IMG/VR virus record: IMGVR_UViG_3300042934_000594 | Coordinates: 62,001-126,000 of that record | Strand: one strand, 5' to 3' | DNA length: 64,000 bases | Shown: positions 28,086-36,431 of the stretch, in pieces | How positions within the stretch are numbered: the first letter of the stretch is position 1 | Layout: the number at the start of each line of letters is the position of its first letter | Made by a program: the position numbers and the translations under genes | The notes under the pieces: model-generated | The model's input: the letters and a program-made list of their open reading frames with translations, nothing else | Told to the model about the DNA's origin: nothing | Databases searched by the model: none

Positions 28086-29351
28086 ATGTCTAAGATTTTG
28101 AGTTTCTACGAAACAGTGCTGCACGCCTTCCCGTACGTGGTGGGTGAGGACGGTCTGATCAGTTCCAAGAACCCTACCGGCGCCGTGGTCCCTGCCACGA
28201 TCGATGGTAAGCGCTTGGTGCTGCCCACACCCAAATGGATGAAGGACGGTTTCGGCGAAGACTTTCAGCCGTTCCACCCGTTGTCTGAACAGCTGAGTCG
28301 TAAAGGCACCAGTCCTGTGCTGCAACACATGCAGAAGTCCGGTAAAGCCATCCTGGCCCACACCGTGGCAATCATGGCCACTGAACTGCTCAAGGTGGCG
28401 GCTGACACCAGCCTGCACAAGGATCTACCGCCAGAGTGCAAGGACTACCTGAAGAAGCTCACCAAGGCTAACAAGGACACCGTCACGATCTTCACCAAGA
28501 TCATGAACCAGGCCTTGAAGAAGAACAAGCTGATCACCGTGTACCTCAAGCACGGCGGCAAGTTCGATGGCAAAGCGGTCAATCGCCTGTGCGTGATCCG
28601 TTTCCCGTTGCTGGAGATTCTGGACGGTACCGACGAAGACGTGCTGGGCGTAACAGTATCGGCTACACATCGCAAGACGATCTCCGCGCTGATGCGCATG
28701 ATCGTGCCTGGCGGTGATGAGGAGGAGTACTGCGCCGGTTCGGACAACCGTGTGGCGCCGTACTTCCATGCGTTCCTCAAAGCGTACCTCAAGATCGCCA
28801 CGCAGCTGAACAAGGTCATCAAGCGCTATGCTCAACCGATGGCGCTGAACCTGACTGAGTTCAAGCTGTACAGCGAGAAAGACATCAGCAAGTTGTCGGA
28901 CTTCTACGAAGACCTGCCAACGCTGCGCGGTAATGAAGGCGGTGTGGACGAAGTTGACGAAGAGGCCGCACCGGCGGTCACCGTGCAAGCCAAGACCACC
29001 ACCACGGCGCATGCACCTCACCCACGTCCAGCAGCCGCAGTGGCCGCACCCGACGAAGGTGGCATGTCCATGGAAGCTTTCCGCAAGCAGATGAACCCGA
29101 TGGCGGCCCAGCAGCAACCGCAACAGTCGGTGTACAGCCAACAACCGTACAACCCGTACGGCGGTGGCCCGATGTACGATCCATCGCGTCCAAGCTGGTT
29201 GGTGGGTAACCAACCTGCGATGCAGCCACAGCAGAGTCCCTTTGCCATGGCCGTGACGCAGACCTACCAGCAGCAGCCTCAGCAAGTGGTGGTAACCAAC
29301 CCGGCAATGATGGGTTACAACAATGGCTTCAACGGACCGTCGTTGCTGTGA
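28086..29351 (+). CDS. Conserved protein with Q/P-rich tail (phiKZ gp70-like)
   Basis: GKRLVLPT, FHPLSE..G.SPV, APYFHAFL and LRGNEG motifs. Confidence 0.78.
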   Translation: MSKILSFYETVLHAFPYVVGEDGLISSKNPTGAVVPATIDGKRLVLPTPKWMKDGFGEDFQPFHPLSEQLSRKGTSPVLQHMQKSGKAILAHTVAIMATELLKVAADTSLHKDLPPECKDYLKKLTKANKDTVTIFTKIMNQALKKNKLITVYLKHGGKFDGKAVNRLCVIRFPLLEILDGTDEDVLGVTVSATHRKTISALMRMIVPGGDEEEYCAGSDNRVAPYFHAFLKAYLKIATQLNKVIKRYAQPMALNLTEFKLYSEKDISKLSDFYEDLPTLRGNEGGVDEVDEEAAPAVTVQAKTTTTAHAPHPRPAAAVAAPDEGGMSMEAFRKQMNPMAAQQQPQQSVYSQQPYNPYGGGPMYDPSRPSWLVGNQPAMQPQQSPFAMAVTQTYQQQPQQVVVTNPAMMGYNNGFNGPSLL

Positions 29352-29385
29352 CGGCATAGATGGAGCCCCTTCGGGGGCTCCGTTT
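29352..29385. terminator. Bidirectional hairpin with CGGCATA flank
   Basis: CGGCATA-gat-GGAGCCCC-TTCG-GGGGCTCC between convergent genes. Confidence 0.8.
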
Positions 29386-29752
29386 ACGCTTTAAAATTTG
29401 TGGTCAGAAACGTCGATCGCAACTCCGAAATGGTGTTGGGGTTAGGTTTGACCACAGAAAAGCTGTATGCCCGTCGGTACGGGTCGCGCACGGCTTTCCC
29501 GAACTGAGTGGGATTCTCCATACCGTTCACCCGCAGGTAGATCCAGTGCAGTTCAGCTGGAATGCCTTGTTGGGTCAACAACCCGTAGAAGTCCCCTTCA
29601 AATTGGTAAATCAGGTCAGCCGAGATTTCAGCGATGGCCACGGCTTCTTGTTTGAGGATGTTCAGGTGGGTTTCAATGATCAACCGAAAGCGAGGGTCGT
29701 AATACAGGTCATCCCCCGACGGAACGCGCTGCGCAGTCACAGTGAAAGCCAT
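29384..29752 (-). CDS. Small conserved protein, LysM/T4 gp53-like baseplate candidate
   Basis: FEGDFYGLL...ELHWIYLRVNGMENP resembles the gp53/LysM W.I...N...P pattern. Confidence 0.6.
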   Translation of the reverse strand: MAFTVTAQRVPSGDDLYYDPRFRLIIETHLNILKQEAVAIAEISADLIYQFEGDFYGLLTQQGIPAELHWIYLRVNGMENPTQFGKAVRDPYRRAYSFSVVKPNPNTISELRSTFLTTNFKA

Positions 29753-29776
29753 AGTGATACCTATAAAGCATGATGA

Positions 29777-29799
29777 TTGAAAACTATATCATCAAGCTG
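29777..29799 (+). promoter_or_regulatory. Putative early promoter
   Basis: TTGAAAA-CTATATCAT-CAAG-CTG upstream of the nvRNAP beta gene. Confidence 0.68.
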
Positions 29800-29821
29800 T
29801 AAACCATCTAACGGAGGTTGT

Positions 29822-31933
29822 ATGCCACGCCAGTTGAGAGAAATTGGTTCTGACTTGCTGGGGCAAACCGCACTGGATCCGTTCTACGGAACCACGTCGG
29901 CTGCACGGGGGGCGATGTTCACGAACCACATCGGCCAGGCCCCTATCCCGAAGGACAATGAACCGCGTCGGATCATGGCAGGTCCGGAGTTGCGGTACTC
30001 TCAGAATACCTTCGACATCCGATTCCCCACTGACTGCACCGTGTTGCACGTTATTCGTAAATACCCAACCGGCATGGGTGCCGATTCCATCCACCACAAC
30101 CCCCTGATCACGATCATCTACGAAGAGTACTACGATCTGCACAAACGGATCGGCGTCATCCAAGTGCCGGAGTTCAACAGCCTGCACCAGGACTTCGGTT
30201 ACGATTACGTCAAGCGCAACAATGTCATGGAGCGTCTGACGCCAGGTGAGAACTTCTCCAAGGACGAAGTGATTGCCTGTTCACCTGCGGTACGGGAGAA
30301 CGGTCAATACGGCCTGGGTCTGCAAGCGTCCTGTGTGTTCATCTCCGACCCTGGGACTATCGAAGACGGCTTCGTCATGAGCGAATCGTTCCTCAAGCGC
30401 ATGACGCCAAAAGTCTTCAACAAGTTCAAAGGCAGTAGCGGCCGTAAACAGTTCTTCCTGAACATGTATGGCGATGACAACGTCTACAAGCCTTTCCCAG
30501 ACATCGGTCAGCGTATTCGAGATGACGGTGTGATCTTCGCCACCCGTGATTTGGACGATAACCTGTCCATTGCCGATATGACGCCACGTGCCTTGCGCAC
30601 AGTCGACATGCAGTTCGACAAGCCGACCATCGGAAAGCCTGGGGCCCTGGTTAAGGACATCACGGTCTACCACGACAACCGCACCAACCCGGTGTTCACC
30701 CCAGCAGGGATGGACTACCAACTGCGCAAGTACTACAACTCAGCGAGTGCTTACTACAATGAGTTGCTGAACATCTACAACAAGATGCGTCAGCGCCGTG
30801 GGAAAGACAAAGACGGTAACTGGCTGATCCGTATCACGCCAGAGTTCAACCAGTTGTTGGTGGAAGCCCAGATCTATCTGCCCGTCCCAGACAACCAACG
30901 CAAACTCTCGCGGATGTTCCGCTTGGAAGCGTTGGATGAATGGATGGTGGAAGTGACCTGTGAAGCGGAGATGGACCCGGACAACGGGTACAAAGCCACA
31001 GACGGTCACGGCGGTAAGGGGGTGATCTGTAAGGTCAAGCCAGACCACCACATGCCGATGGACAGCAAGGGCAACCGTGCTGAAGTGGCGATCTATGGTG
31101 GCTCGACCATGCGGCGACTGAACTTCGGTCGTCTGTATGAGCAGTTCATCAATGCCGCGGCCAGGGACTTGGTGCATCGTTTGCGTGAAAGCGCGGGCAT
31201 GTTGCCTAACGTCAAGCCCACCCAGGTGATGGTGCAGAACCTGCGCCGCAGTCCGGAAGTGGTCGACAACATCTTCGAGACGCTGATGCGTTTCTACGAA
31301 ATCGTCGCACCGCTACAAAAGGACATGTTGGTCAACGACCCGGATCGCTATCGTCATGTGGCGTCGGTGTTGATGGATGGTCACTACCTGTTCATCCCAC
31401 CAAACAACCCGGTGGATCTGATTGCGATGGGCAACGAACTGGCCAACGGTGAGTTCCGTCCGCATTACGGTCCAGTGACGTACACCAACAGCGCAGGCCA
31501 ACACGTCACCACGCGTAAAAGCGTGTTGATCGGTGACCTGTACATGTTCTGCCTGGAGAAGATCGGCGATGACTGGTCGGGTGTGGCGTCGACTAAGACG
31601 CAGCAGTTCGGCTTGCCAGCAAAACTCAACAACTCCGACAAACTCTCTACCCCGGGCCGCGAACAACCGGTGCGCAGTATGGGTGAGTCGGAAACCCGGT
31701 CGTACATCTGCGTCGTTGGGGCCCACTGGACCAACGAGTTGCTGGATCAGACCACCAACCCCATGGCTCACAACTTCGGTGTGGACAACATCGTAAGCGC
31801 CGCTAAACCCACCAACATACCCAAACTGGTTGATCGCAACGTCATCCCGTATGGGGGCTCTCGACCGGTGGGGCTGTACCAGCATCTGCTGGAATGCCGG
31901 GGTTTGAAGTTCGTGTACAAGCCCGATGTGTAA
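29822..31933 (+). CDS. Non-virion RNA polymerase beta C-terminal subunit (phiKZ gp71-73-like)
   Basis: IEDGFVMSE, GYKATDGHGGKGVI, RLNFGRLYE and VRSMGESE match RpoB motifs; GGAGG RBS at ATG 29822. Confidence 0.92.
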   Translation: MPRQLREIGSDLLGQTALDPFYGTTSAARGAMFTNHIGQAPIPKDNEPRRIMAGPELRYSQNTFDIRFPTDCTVLHVIRKYPTGMGADSIHHNPLITIIYEEYYDLHKRIGVIQVPEFNSLHQDFGYDYVKRNNVMERLTPGENFSKDEVIACSPAVRENGQYGLGLQASCVFISDPGTIEDGFVMSESFLKRMTPKVFNKFKGSSGRKQFFLNMYGDDNVYKPFPDIGQRIRDDGVIFATRDLDDNLSIADMTPRALRTVDMQFDKPTIGKPGALVKDITVYHDNRTNPVFTPAGMDYQLRKYYNSASAYYNELLNIYNKMRQRRGKDKDGNWLIRITPEFNQLLVEAQIYLPVPDNQRKLSRMFRLEALDEWMVEVTCEAEMDPDNGYKATDGHGGKGVICKVKPDHHMPMDSKGNRAEVAIYGGSTMRRLNFGRLYEQFINAAARDLVHRLRESAGMLPNVKPTQVMVQNLRRSPEVVDNIFETLMRFYEIVAPLQKDMLVNDPDRYRHVASVLMDGHYLFIPPNNPVDLIAMGNELANGEFRPHYGPVTYTNSAGQHVTTRKSVLIGDLYMFCLEKIGDDWSGVASTKTQQFGLPAKLNNSDKLSTPGREQPVRSMGESETRSYICVVGAHWTNELLDQTTNPMAHNFGVDNIVSAAKPTNIPKLVDRNVIPYGGSRPVGLYQHLLECRGLKFVYKPDV

Positions 31934-31981
31934 TCGGGCTGTTCCTTGGCACCCACTACGTATTAAAGCTGGAGCGCTTAC

Positions 31982-33973
31982 ATGAATCGTTACAACGCCC
32001 GTGACCTTCTGAACATGACAGAAGAGCAACTGTGGGCACTGCCGGAAGAATGGCACATCGTTAACTTTCCGGAAGGGGACTTGATCACCCATACCCGGGC
32101 CACCATTCTGTCGACGTACCTGTGGGAACCTTTGCGGGATTACCCAGACGCGCCGATTCACCGGCACTACCACATCGCTGACACCCGCTTCACCAGTAAG
32201 TCCATGTTGGTGTTGATCAACCGTGTGGTGTGGGGCATTCATGCCTACAGCAACGAAATGATCGACCACGAATGGCTGGCGTTACGCGCCATCCAAACGG
32301 TCAACAAGTTCTACAATGTGTTCACCATCCGCTGCTCGGCCTGGGTCTCGACGTTGTCGCTCTTTGATATCCTGGAGATCGTCAACGACCCGCAGATCAA
32401 GCATGCCAAAGCCAACATCGAACCCACGCAGCACGGGATCGAGAAGGTGTTGTACCCAGCGATTGCTCAGGTATTGATGGACGAGAGCAAGCTGCGCGGC
32501 AATCCCATCACCGAGGGCCTGCGTTCGGGCACCTTGAAGATGGATCAAGCGCTGCAAACCTTTGGTGCACGGGGCTTTCCGACCGACATCAACTCCGACA
32601 TCTTCCCGGAAGCGATCACCGCAGGCTACATCGAAGGCATCTGGGACCTGGCCTCGTCCATGGCCGAATCACGTGCCGGCTCCAAAGCGCTGCTGTATAA
32701 CAAGGAGCTGCTGCGGATCACCGAGTACTTCAACCGTAAGACGCAGCTGATTGCCGAGAACGTCCAGCGTCTGCACTATAAGACGCCGGAATACTCAGGC
32801 GACTGTGGGGCCGATTACATCGAGTTCCCATTGTTGGAAGGTGCTGCGAAGACCTTGAAGGGTAAGTACTACCTCAAGGCGGACGGGGGCATGGACTGGC
32901 TGCGGGGGAATGAGAAGTTCCCTGAGGAGCAGAAGACCATCAAGATCCGTTCGGTGCTGGCCTGTGTCCACCCAGATCCTGCGGGTGTGTGTGCCACGTG
33001 TTATGGCCGGTTGAGTTTCTCGGTGCCACGCGACACCAACATCGGTCACGTCAGTGCAGTTATCACGGGCGACAAGATCACCTCCTCGGTGTTGTCGACC
33101 AAGCACACAGATGCAACCTCGGTGGTGGACCGTTATCAGCCGGGTGCGACGGAAGTCAAGTACTTGCGTTACGGCATGCAGGAAGAAACGCTGTACCTGC
33201 GCCGTGAGTTGCACAACAAGAAGATGCGCCTGGTGGTTAAACGAGACGAAGTGCACAGCCTGGCTGACGTACTGATGCTCAAAGACCTCTCGGCCTATCC
33301 GTTTGGCAACGCCTCGCACTTGACCAAGATCGCGATCCAGATCGATACCGATCAGGGCACGACCACCGATGTACTGAACGTCTCGCTGTACAACCGTAAA
33401 TCCAGCTTCTCGCTGGAATTGCTGGAGCACATTCAGAAGGTGCGTTGGACTCACGATGGGCGTGACAACGTGGTGATTGAACTCGATGGCTTCGATGTCC
33501 GTAAGCCGTTGCTGGTGCTGCCGTACAAGCACGTAAACATGTACGAAGTGATGAAGCGTATTCAGAGCTTCTTGCATTCGGGTTCTGAAGGGGAAGATAA
33601 CAAGCTGTCGGGGGATAAAACCCGTTACACCGGCAAGACCTATCTGAAGAACTACAGCAACGATCCGGTGGAAGCGTTGTCGATCTTTGTGGTCATGATG
33701 AACGAGAAGCTCTCGCTCAACATCGTTCACTGTGAAGTTTTGGTTTACGCTATGATGGTTCGCTCTGCCGTGAACCGCGATTACCGTCTGCCAAAGCCTG
33801 GGCTCAGTGGTGTCTTCGAGAAGTACAACAAGATCATGCTCAACCGATCGTTGTCGGTGGCCATGGCTTTCGAGAAGCAACACCATCCTCTGAACAACCC
33901 AGGTTCGTTCTTGTACACAGATCGCAACGACCACCCATACGACACGATTGTGATGGGGGGCAAAATGTCCTAA
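31982..33973 (+). CDS. Non-virion RNA polymerase beta' C-terminal subunit (phiKZ gp74-like)
   Basis: GARG, GDCG, IRSVLAC, VCATCYG, TNIG and LSTKH motifs. Confidence 0.9.
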   Translation: MNRYNARDLLNMTEEQLWALPEEWHIVNFPEGDLITHTRATILSTYLWEPLRDYPDAPIHRHYHIADTRFTSKSMLVLINRVVWGIHAYSNEMIDHEWLALRAIQTVNKFYNVFTIRCSAWVSTLSLFDILEIVNDPQIKHAKANIEPTQHGIEKVLYPAIAQVLMDESKLRGNPITEGLRSGTLKMDQALQTFGARGFPTDINSDIFPEAITAGYIEGIWDLASSMAESRAGSKALLYNKELLRITEYFNRKTQLIAENVQRLHYKTPEYSGDCGADYIEFPLLEGAAKTLKGKYYLKADGGMDWLRGNEKFPEEQKTIKIRSVLACVHPDPAGVCATCYGRLSFSVPRDTNIGHVSAVITGDKITSSVLSTKHTDATSVVDRYQPGATEVKYLRYGMQEETLYLRRELHNKKMRLVVKRDEVHSLADVLMLKDLSAYPFGNASHLTKIAIQIDTDQGTTTDVLNVSLYNRKSSFSLELLEHIQKVRWTHDGRDNVVIELDGFDVRKPLLVLPYKHVNMYEVMKRIQSFLHSGSEGEDNKLSGDKTRYTGKTYLKNYSNDPVEALSIFVVMMNEKLSLNIVHCEVLVYAMMVRSAVNRDYRLPKPGLSGVFEKYNKIMLNRSLSVAMAFEKQHHPLNNPGSFLYTDRNDHPYDTIVMGGKMS

Positions 33974-33990
33974 GTAGTCGGAGGGGGAAG

Positions 33991-34017
33991 CCTGTGAGGC
34001 CTCAACAGCCTCACAGG
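33991..34017. other. Perfect 10-bp hairpin between the gp74-like and helicase genes
   Basis: CCTGTGAGGC-CTCAACA-GCCTCACAGG, no U-tract. Confidence 0.55.
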
Positions 34018-34064
34018 TGATAATCATGACCAGCATGCTCAAGGAACACCTGCTTTTAAACAGC

Positions 34065-35600
34065 ATGCCCATCATGCTGAAAGCAGAACGCTTTTCACAC
34101 GGTGTCCGCTTAAGCGGCTACAACCGAGACACGTTCTATCGACTGACCCAGTTCCTGGAGGGACTGTCACTTAAAGAGCCCAAGAAGCTGCCGCATGGCG
34201 GCATGGTCATGGAGCTCAAGAAAAAGTATTACGGTTTAACTGAGAACTACCGCGAATTATTCATCCACCGGAACAGTTACCCTGCGCTGGTGGCGTACCT
34301 GGGGCACAAAGGCATTAAAGAAGCTCAGATCGACTGCGTGGATATCCCCGTGCCGTCGGTGCTGCCCGCTGAATATGTCGTCAAGGAACTGTACGTCCTC
34401 AGGGACTACCAGGAGCCGATTGTAGCCGAGTTAGCCGATAGCCTGTACTCTCGGCGGCTTGACCTGCAAACAGGCAAGGGCAAGACTCTAAGCGCCTTAG
34501 CGGCCCTAGCGCAGATGCAAGGTCGTTGCGTGATCATGGTGCAGCCTAAATTCTTCGGGATTTGGGAGAAAGCCCTAGAAGAAACCTACGAAGGGTTCGA
34601 GAAAGGCAACCGCCGGGTCCGTAAGATCGAAGGGGGTGCACAGCTTCAGCGCTTGATCGAAGACGGCTTGGCCGGTGACATTGAGGAAGACATCTTCCTG
34701 GTCTCGGCCGTGACGTACCGTGGGTACATCGAAGCCTACGAGAAATACGGTGAGCACATTACCACCGAAGGCGGCTACGGGTGCGCGCCACCCAGGTTCC
34801 ATGAAGTCATTGGTGCCGGTACCCAGATCAACGATGAGATCCAGGACGACCCAGGCCTGGTGTTTCGCATTGACATCTTCACCAACGTGCGCAAACAGAT
34901 CTACCTCTCCGCCACGCCGTACACGGGCAACCCGTATGTGACGAAGATGATCGGTGTGCAGTTGCCGGAAGAGACGATGTGTACGTTGCCGACGTACGAC
35001 ATGTACATCAACTCGGTGGGTTTGTTGTATTCAGACCCTACCGTGCAGTCCAAGGATTACTTGACCCCGTTCAAGAACACCTACAACCACGCCCGCTATG
35101 AGACGCAAATGCTCAAGGCGAAACGTCGGACCACAGCGTACTACGCGATGGTCAAACGTGTGGTGGACAAGATCTACGTGGAAGACCGCTTACCCGGTCA
35201 GAAGTTATTGATCCTCTGCGCCACTGTGGCTTTCATCGACAAGTTGATGAAGCACATGAAGGAGCAGTATCCAGACCTGGCCATTGGTCGGTTTGTGTCG
35301 GGGGATGACTTCCGTACGCTGCAAACCAATGACATCACGATCTCCACGATCAAGTCGGCGGGTACCGGTCAAGACATCATCGACCTGCGTGAAGTACTGT
35401 TGCTGCAAGCCACCGATTCCAAGAAGGATAACGTGCAGATCTTGGGTCGGTTGCGTAAGCTCAAGAACTTCCCAGGACTGGTACCGAGGCTGACGTACAT
35501 GGTCTGTCAGCACATCCCGCACCACATCCGTTACCACAACAACAAAAAGGAGCACTTTGAAGGTAAGGTGCTCAGCCACCGAACCATGCGTATCGTTTAG
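34065..35600 (+). CDS. SF2 (UvsW-like) helicase (phiKZ gp75-like)
   Basis: LRDYQ, QTGKGKT, NDEIQD, LSATP and QILGRLR motifs; start uncertain (34026-34074). Confidence 0.9.
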   Translation: MPIMLKAERFSHGVRLSGYNRDTFYRLTQFLEGLSLKEPKKLPHGGMVMELKKKYYGLTENYRELFIHRNSYPALVAYLGHKGIKEAQIDCVDIPVPSVLPAEYVVKELYVLRDYQEPIVAELADSLYSRRLDLQTGKGKTLSALAALAQMQGRCVIMVQPKFFGIWEKALEETYEGFEKGNRRVRKIEGGAQLQRLIEDGLAGDIEEDIFLVSAVTYRGYIEAYEKYGEHITTEGGYGCAPPRFHEVIGAGTQINDEIQDDPGLVFRIDIFTNVRKQIYLSATPYTGNPYVTKMIGVQLPEETMCTLPTYDMYINSVGLLYSDPTVQSKDYLTPFKNTYNHARYETQMLKAKRRTTAYYAMVKRVVDKIYVEDRLPGQKLLILCATVAFIDKLMKHMKEQYPDLAIGRFVSGDDFRTLQTNDITISTIKSAGTGQDIIDLREVLLLQATDSKKDNVQILGRLRKLKNFPGLVPRLTYMVCQHIPHHIRYHNNKKEHFEGKVLSHRTMRIV

Positions 35601-35610
35601 TGGAGGACCG

Positions 35611-35790
35611 ATGTCTGATCGCTGTAAGTTTGTAGTGAGTTTGTTTTCGATGTTGGGCGTCATTGCAGCGTGGGCAGTGTTGATCCTCTGCTGCATGGCG
35701 CCTGGTTACCCGGCCCTTGGCATGACCATGGGTGGGGCTGTAGTAATCTTGGCGGCGTGGATGTACTACATCGCCCGCAACAACCTTTAG
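35611..35790 (+). CDS. Small two-TM membrane protein
   Basis: GGAGG RBS; two hydrophobic segments; followed by a terminator. Confidence 0.65.
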   Translation: MSDRCKFVVSLFSMLGVIAAWAVLILCCMAPGYPALGMTMGGAVVILAAWMYYIARNNL

Positions 35791-35812
35791 TTTTAGGGCT
35801 CCTCGTCCTTTT

Positions 35813-35836
35813 GGCTCCTTCGGGGGCCTTTCTTTT
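35813..35836 (+). terminator. Rho-independent terminator
   Basis: GGCTCC-TTCG-GGGGCC + TTTCTTTT. Confidence 0.7.
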
Positions 35837-35853
35837 CGTCTCGACCTTTAGGA

Positions 35854-35891
35854 CGACATAAAGCCTCCCCTGATGGGGAGGCGCTATGCTG
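35854..35891. terminator. Bidirectional hairpin CGACATA...TATGCTG
   Basis: CGACATA-aa-GCCTCCCC-TGAT-GGGGAGGC-gc-TATGCTG. Confidence 0.78.
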
Positions 35892-35903
35892 TTTCTTTTT
35901 TCT

Positions 35904-36431
35904 TTATTGCGGGGGCTTGAGGTCCAACTCCATTTGCATTTGCTTCTCCAGTTTCTTCCCTTTACTGGCCGACTCTTCCAGCGCACTGGCAGCCATGTCA
36001 TAATACAGCTCAGTTTCCCACACCGGCAGATCAAAGAACTGTTTGGCGGTCATGCCAAACGTTGTGTGCATCTTGAAGCTGTAGAACCTGCGCAAGGCAC
36101 TGGCGTATGGACTGCCTTCAACCACGTCTTCCTTATCGTGCATCGCCACCAACGCCAAAGGACGCAGCTTGCTAGCCCGAGGGTCTTCGTGGTTAAAGAT
36201 TCCGTACTCCGTCTGATACGCCATCCGTGTCATGATCTCAGTGGTCGTCGAACGCATGGCGGGCAGTTCCCGCAACATGGCATCCAGTTGACCGCGTTGA
36301 TTGACCCGCTCCAACCCGAAGCTGAGTAACGCGACGTGCGCGTTAGGGCCACTGCCTAGCGACAGTCGACTGTAACGCGCATCCTTGTTGATCGCAGGAC
36401 TCAGTTGAGCTTCCGGTTGGCCAACGTAAAA
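35904..36431 (-). CDS. gp76-like domain, probably translated as a -1 frameshift extension of the gp77-like gene (T4 gp51/gpT-like)
   Basis: Frame is open upstream through the gp77-like stop; first start is TTG at 36314 with no RBS; motif FGMTAKQFFDLPVWETELY. Confidence 0.6.
   Translation of the reverse strand, partial: FYVGQPEAQLSPAINKDARYSRLSLGSGPNAHVALLSFGLERVNQRGQLDAMLRELPAMRSTTTEIMTRMAYQTEYGIFNHEDPRASKLRPLALVAMHDKEDVVEGSPYASALRRFYSFKMHTTFGMTAKQFFDLPVWETELYYDMAASALEESASKGKKLEKQMQMELDLKPPQ

Noticed and set aside
17399-33973. Introns, inteins or homing endonucleases in the RNAP genes
   Set aside because: The ORFs are uninterrupted, of expected length, and show no HNH/LAGLIDADG or intein terminal motifs.
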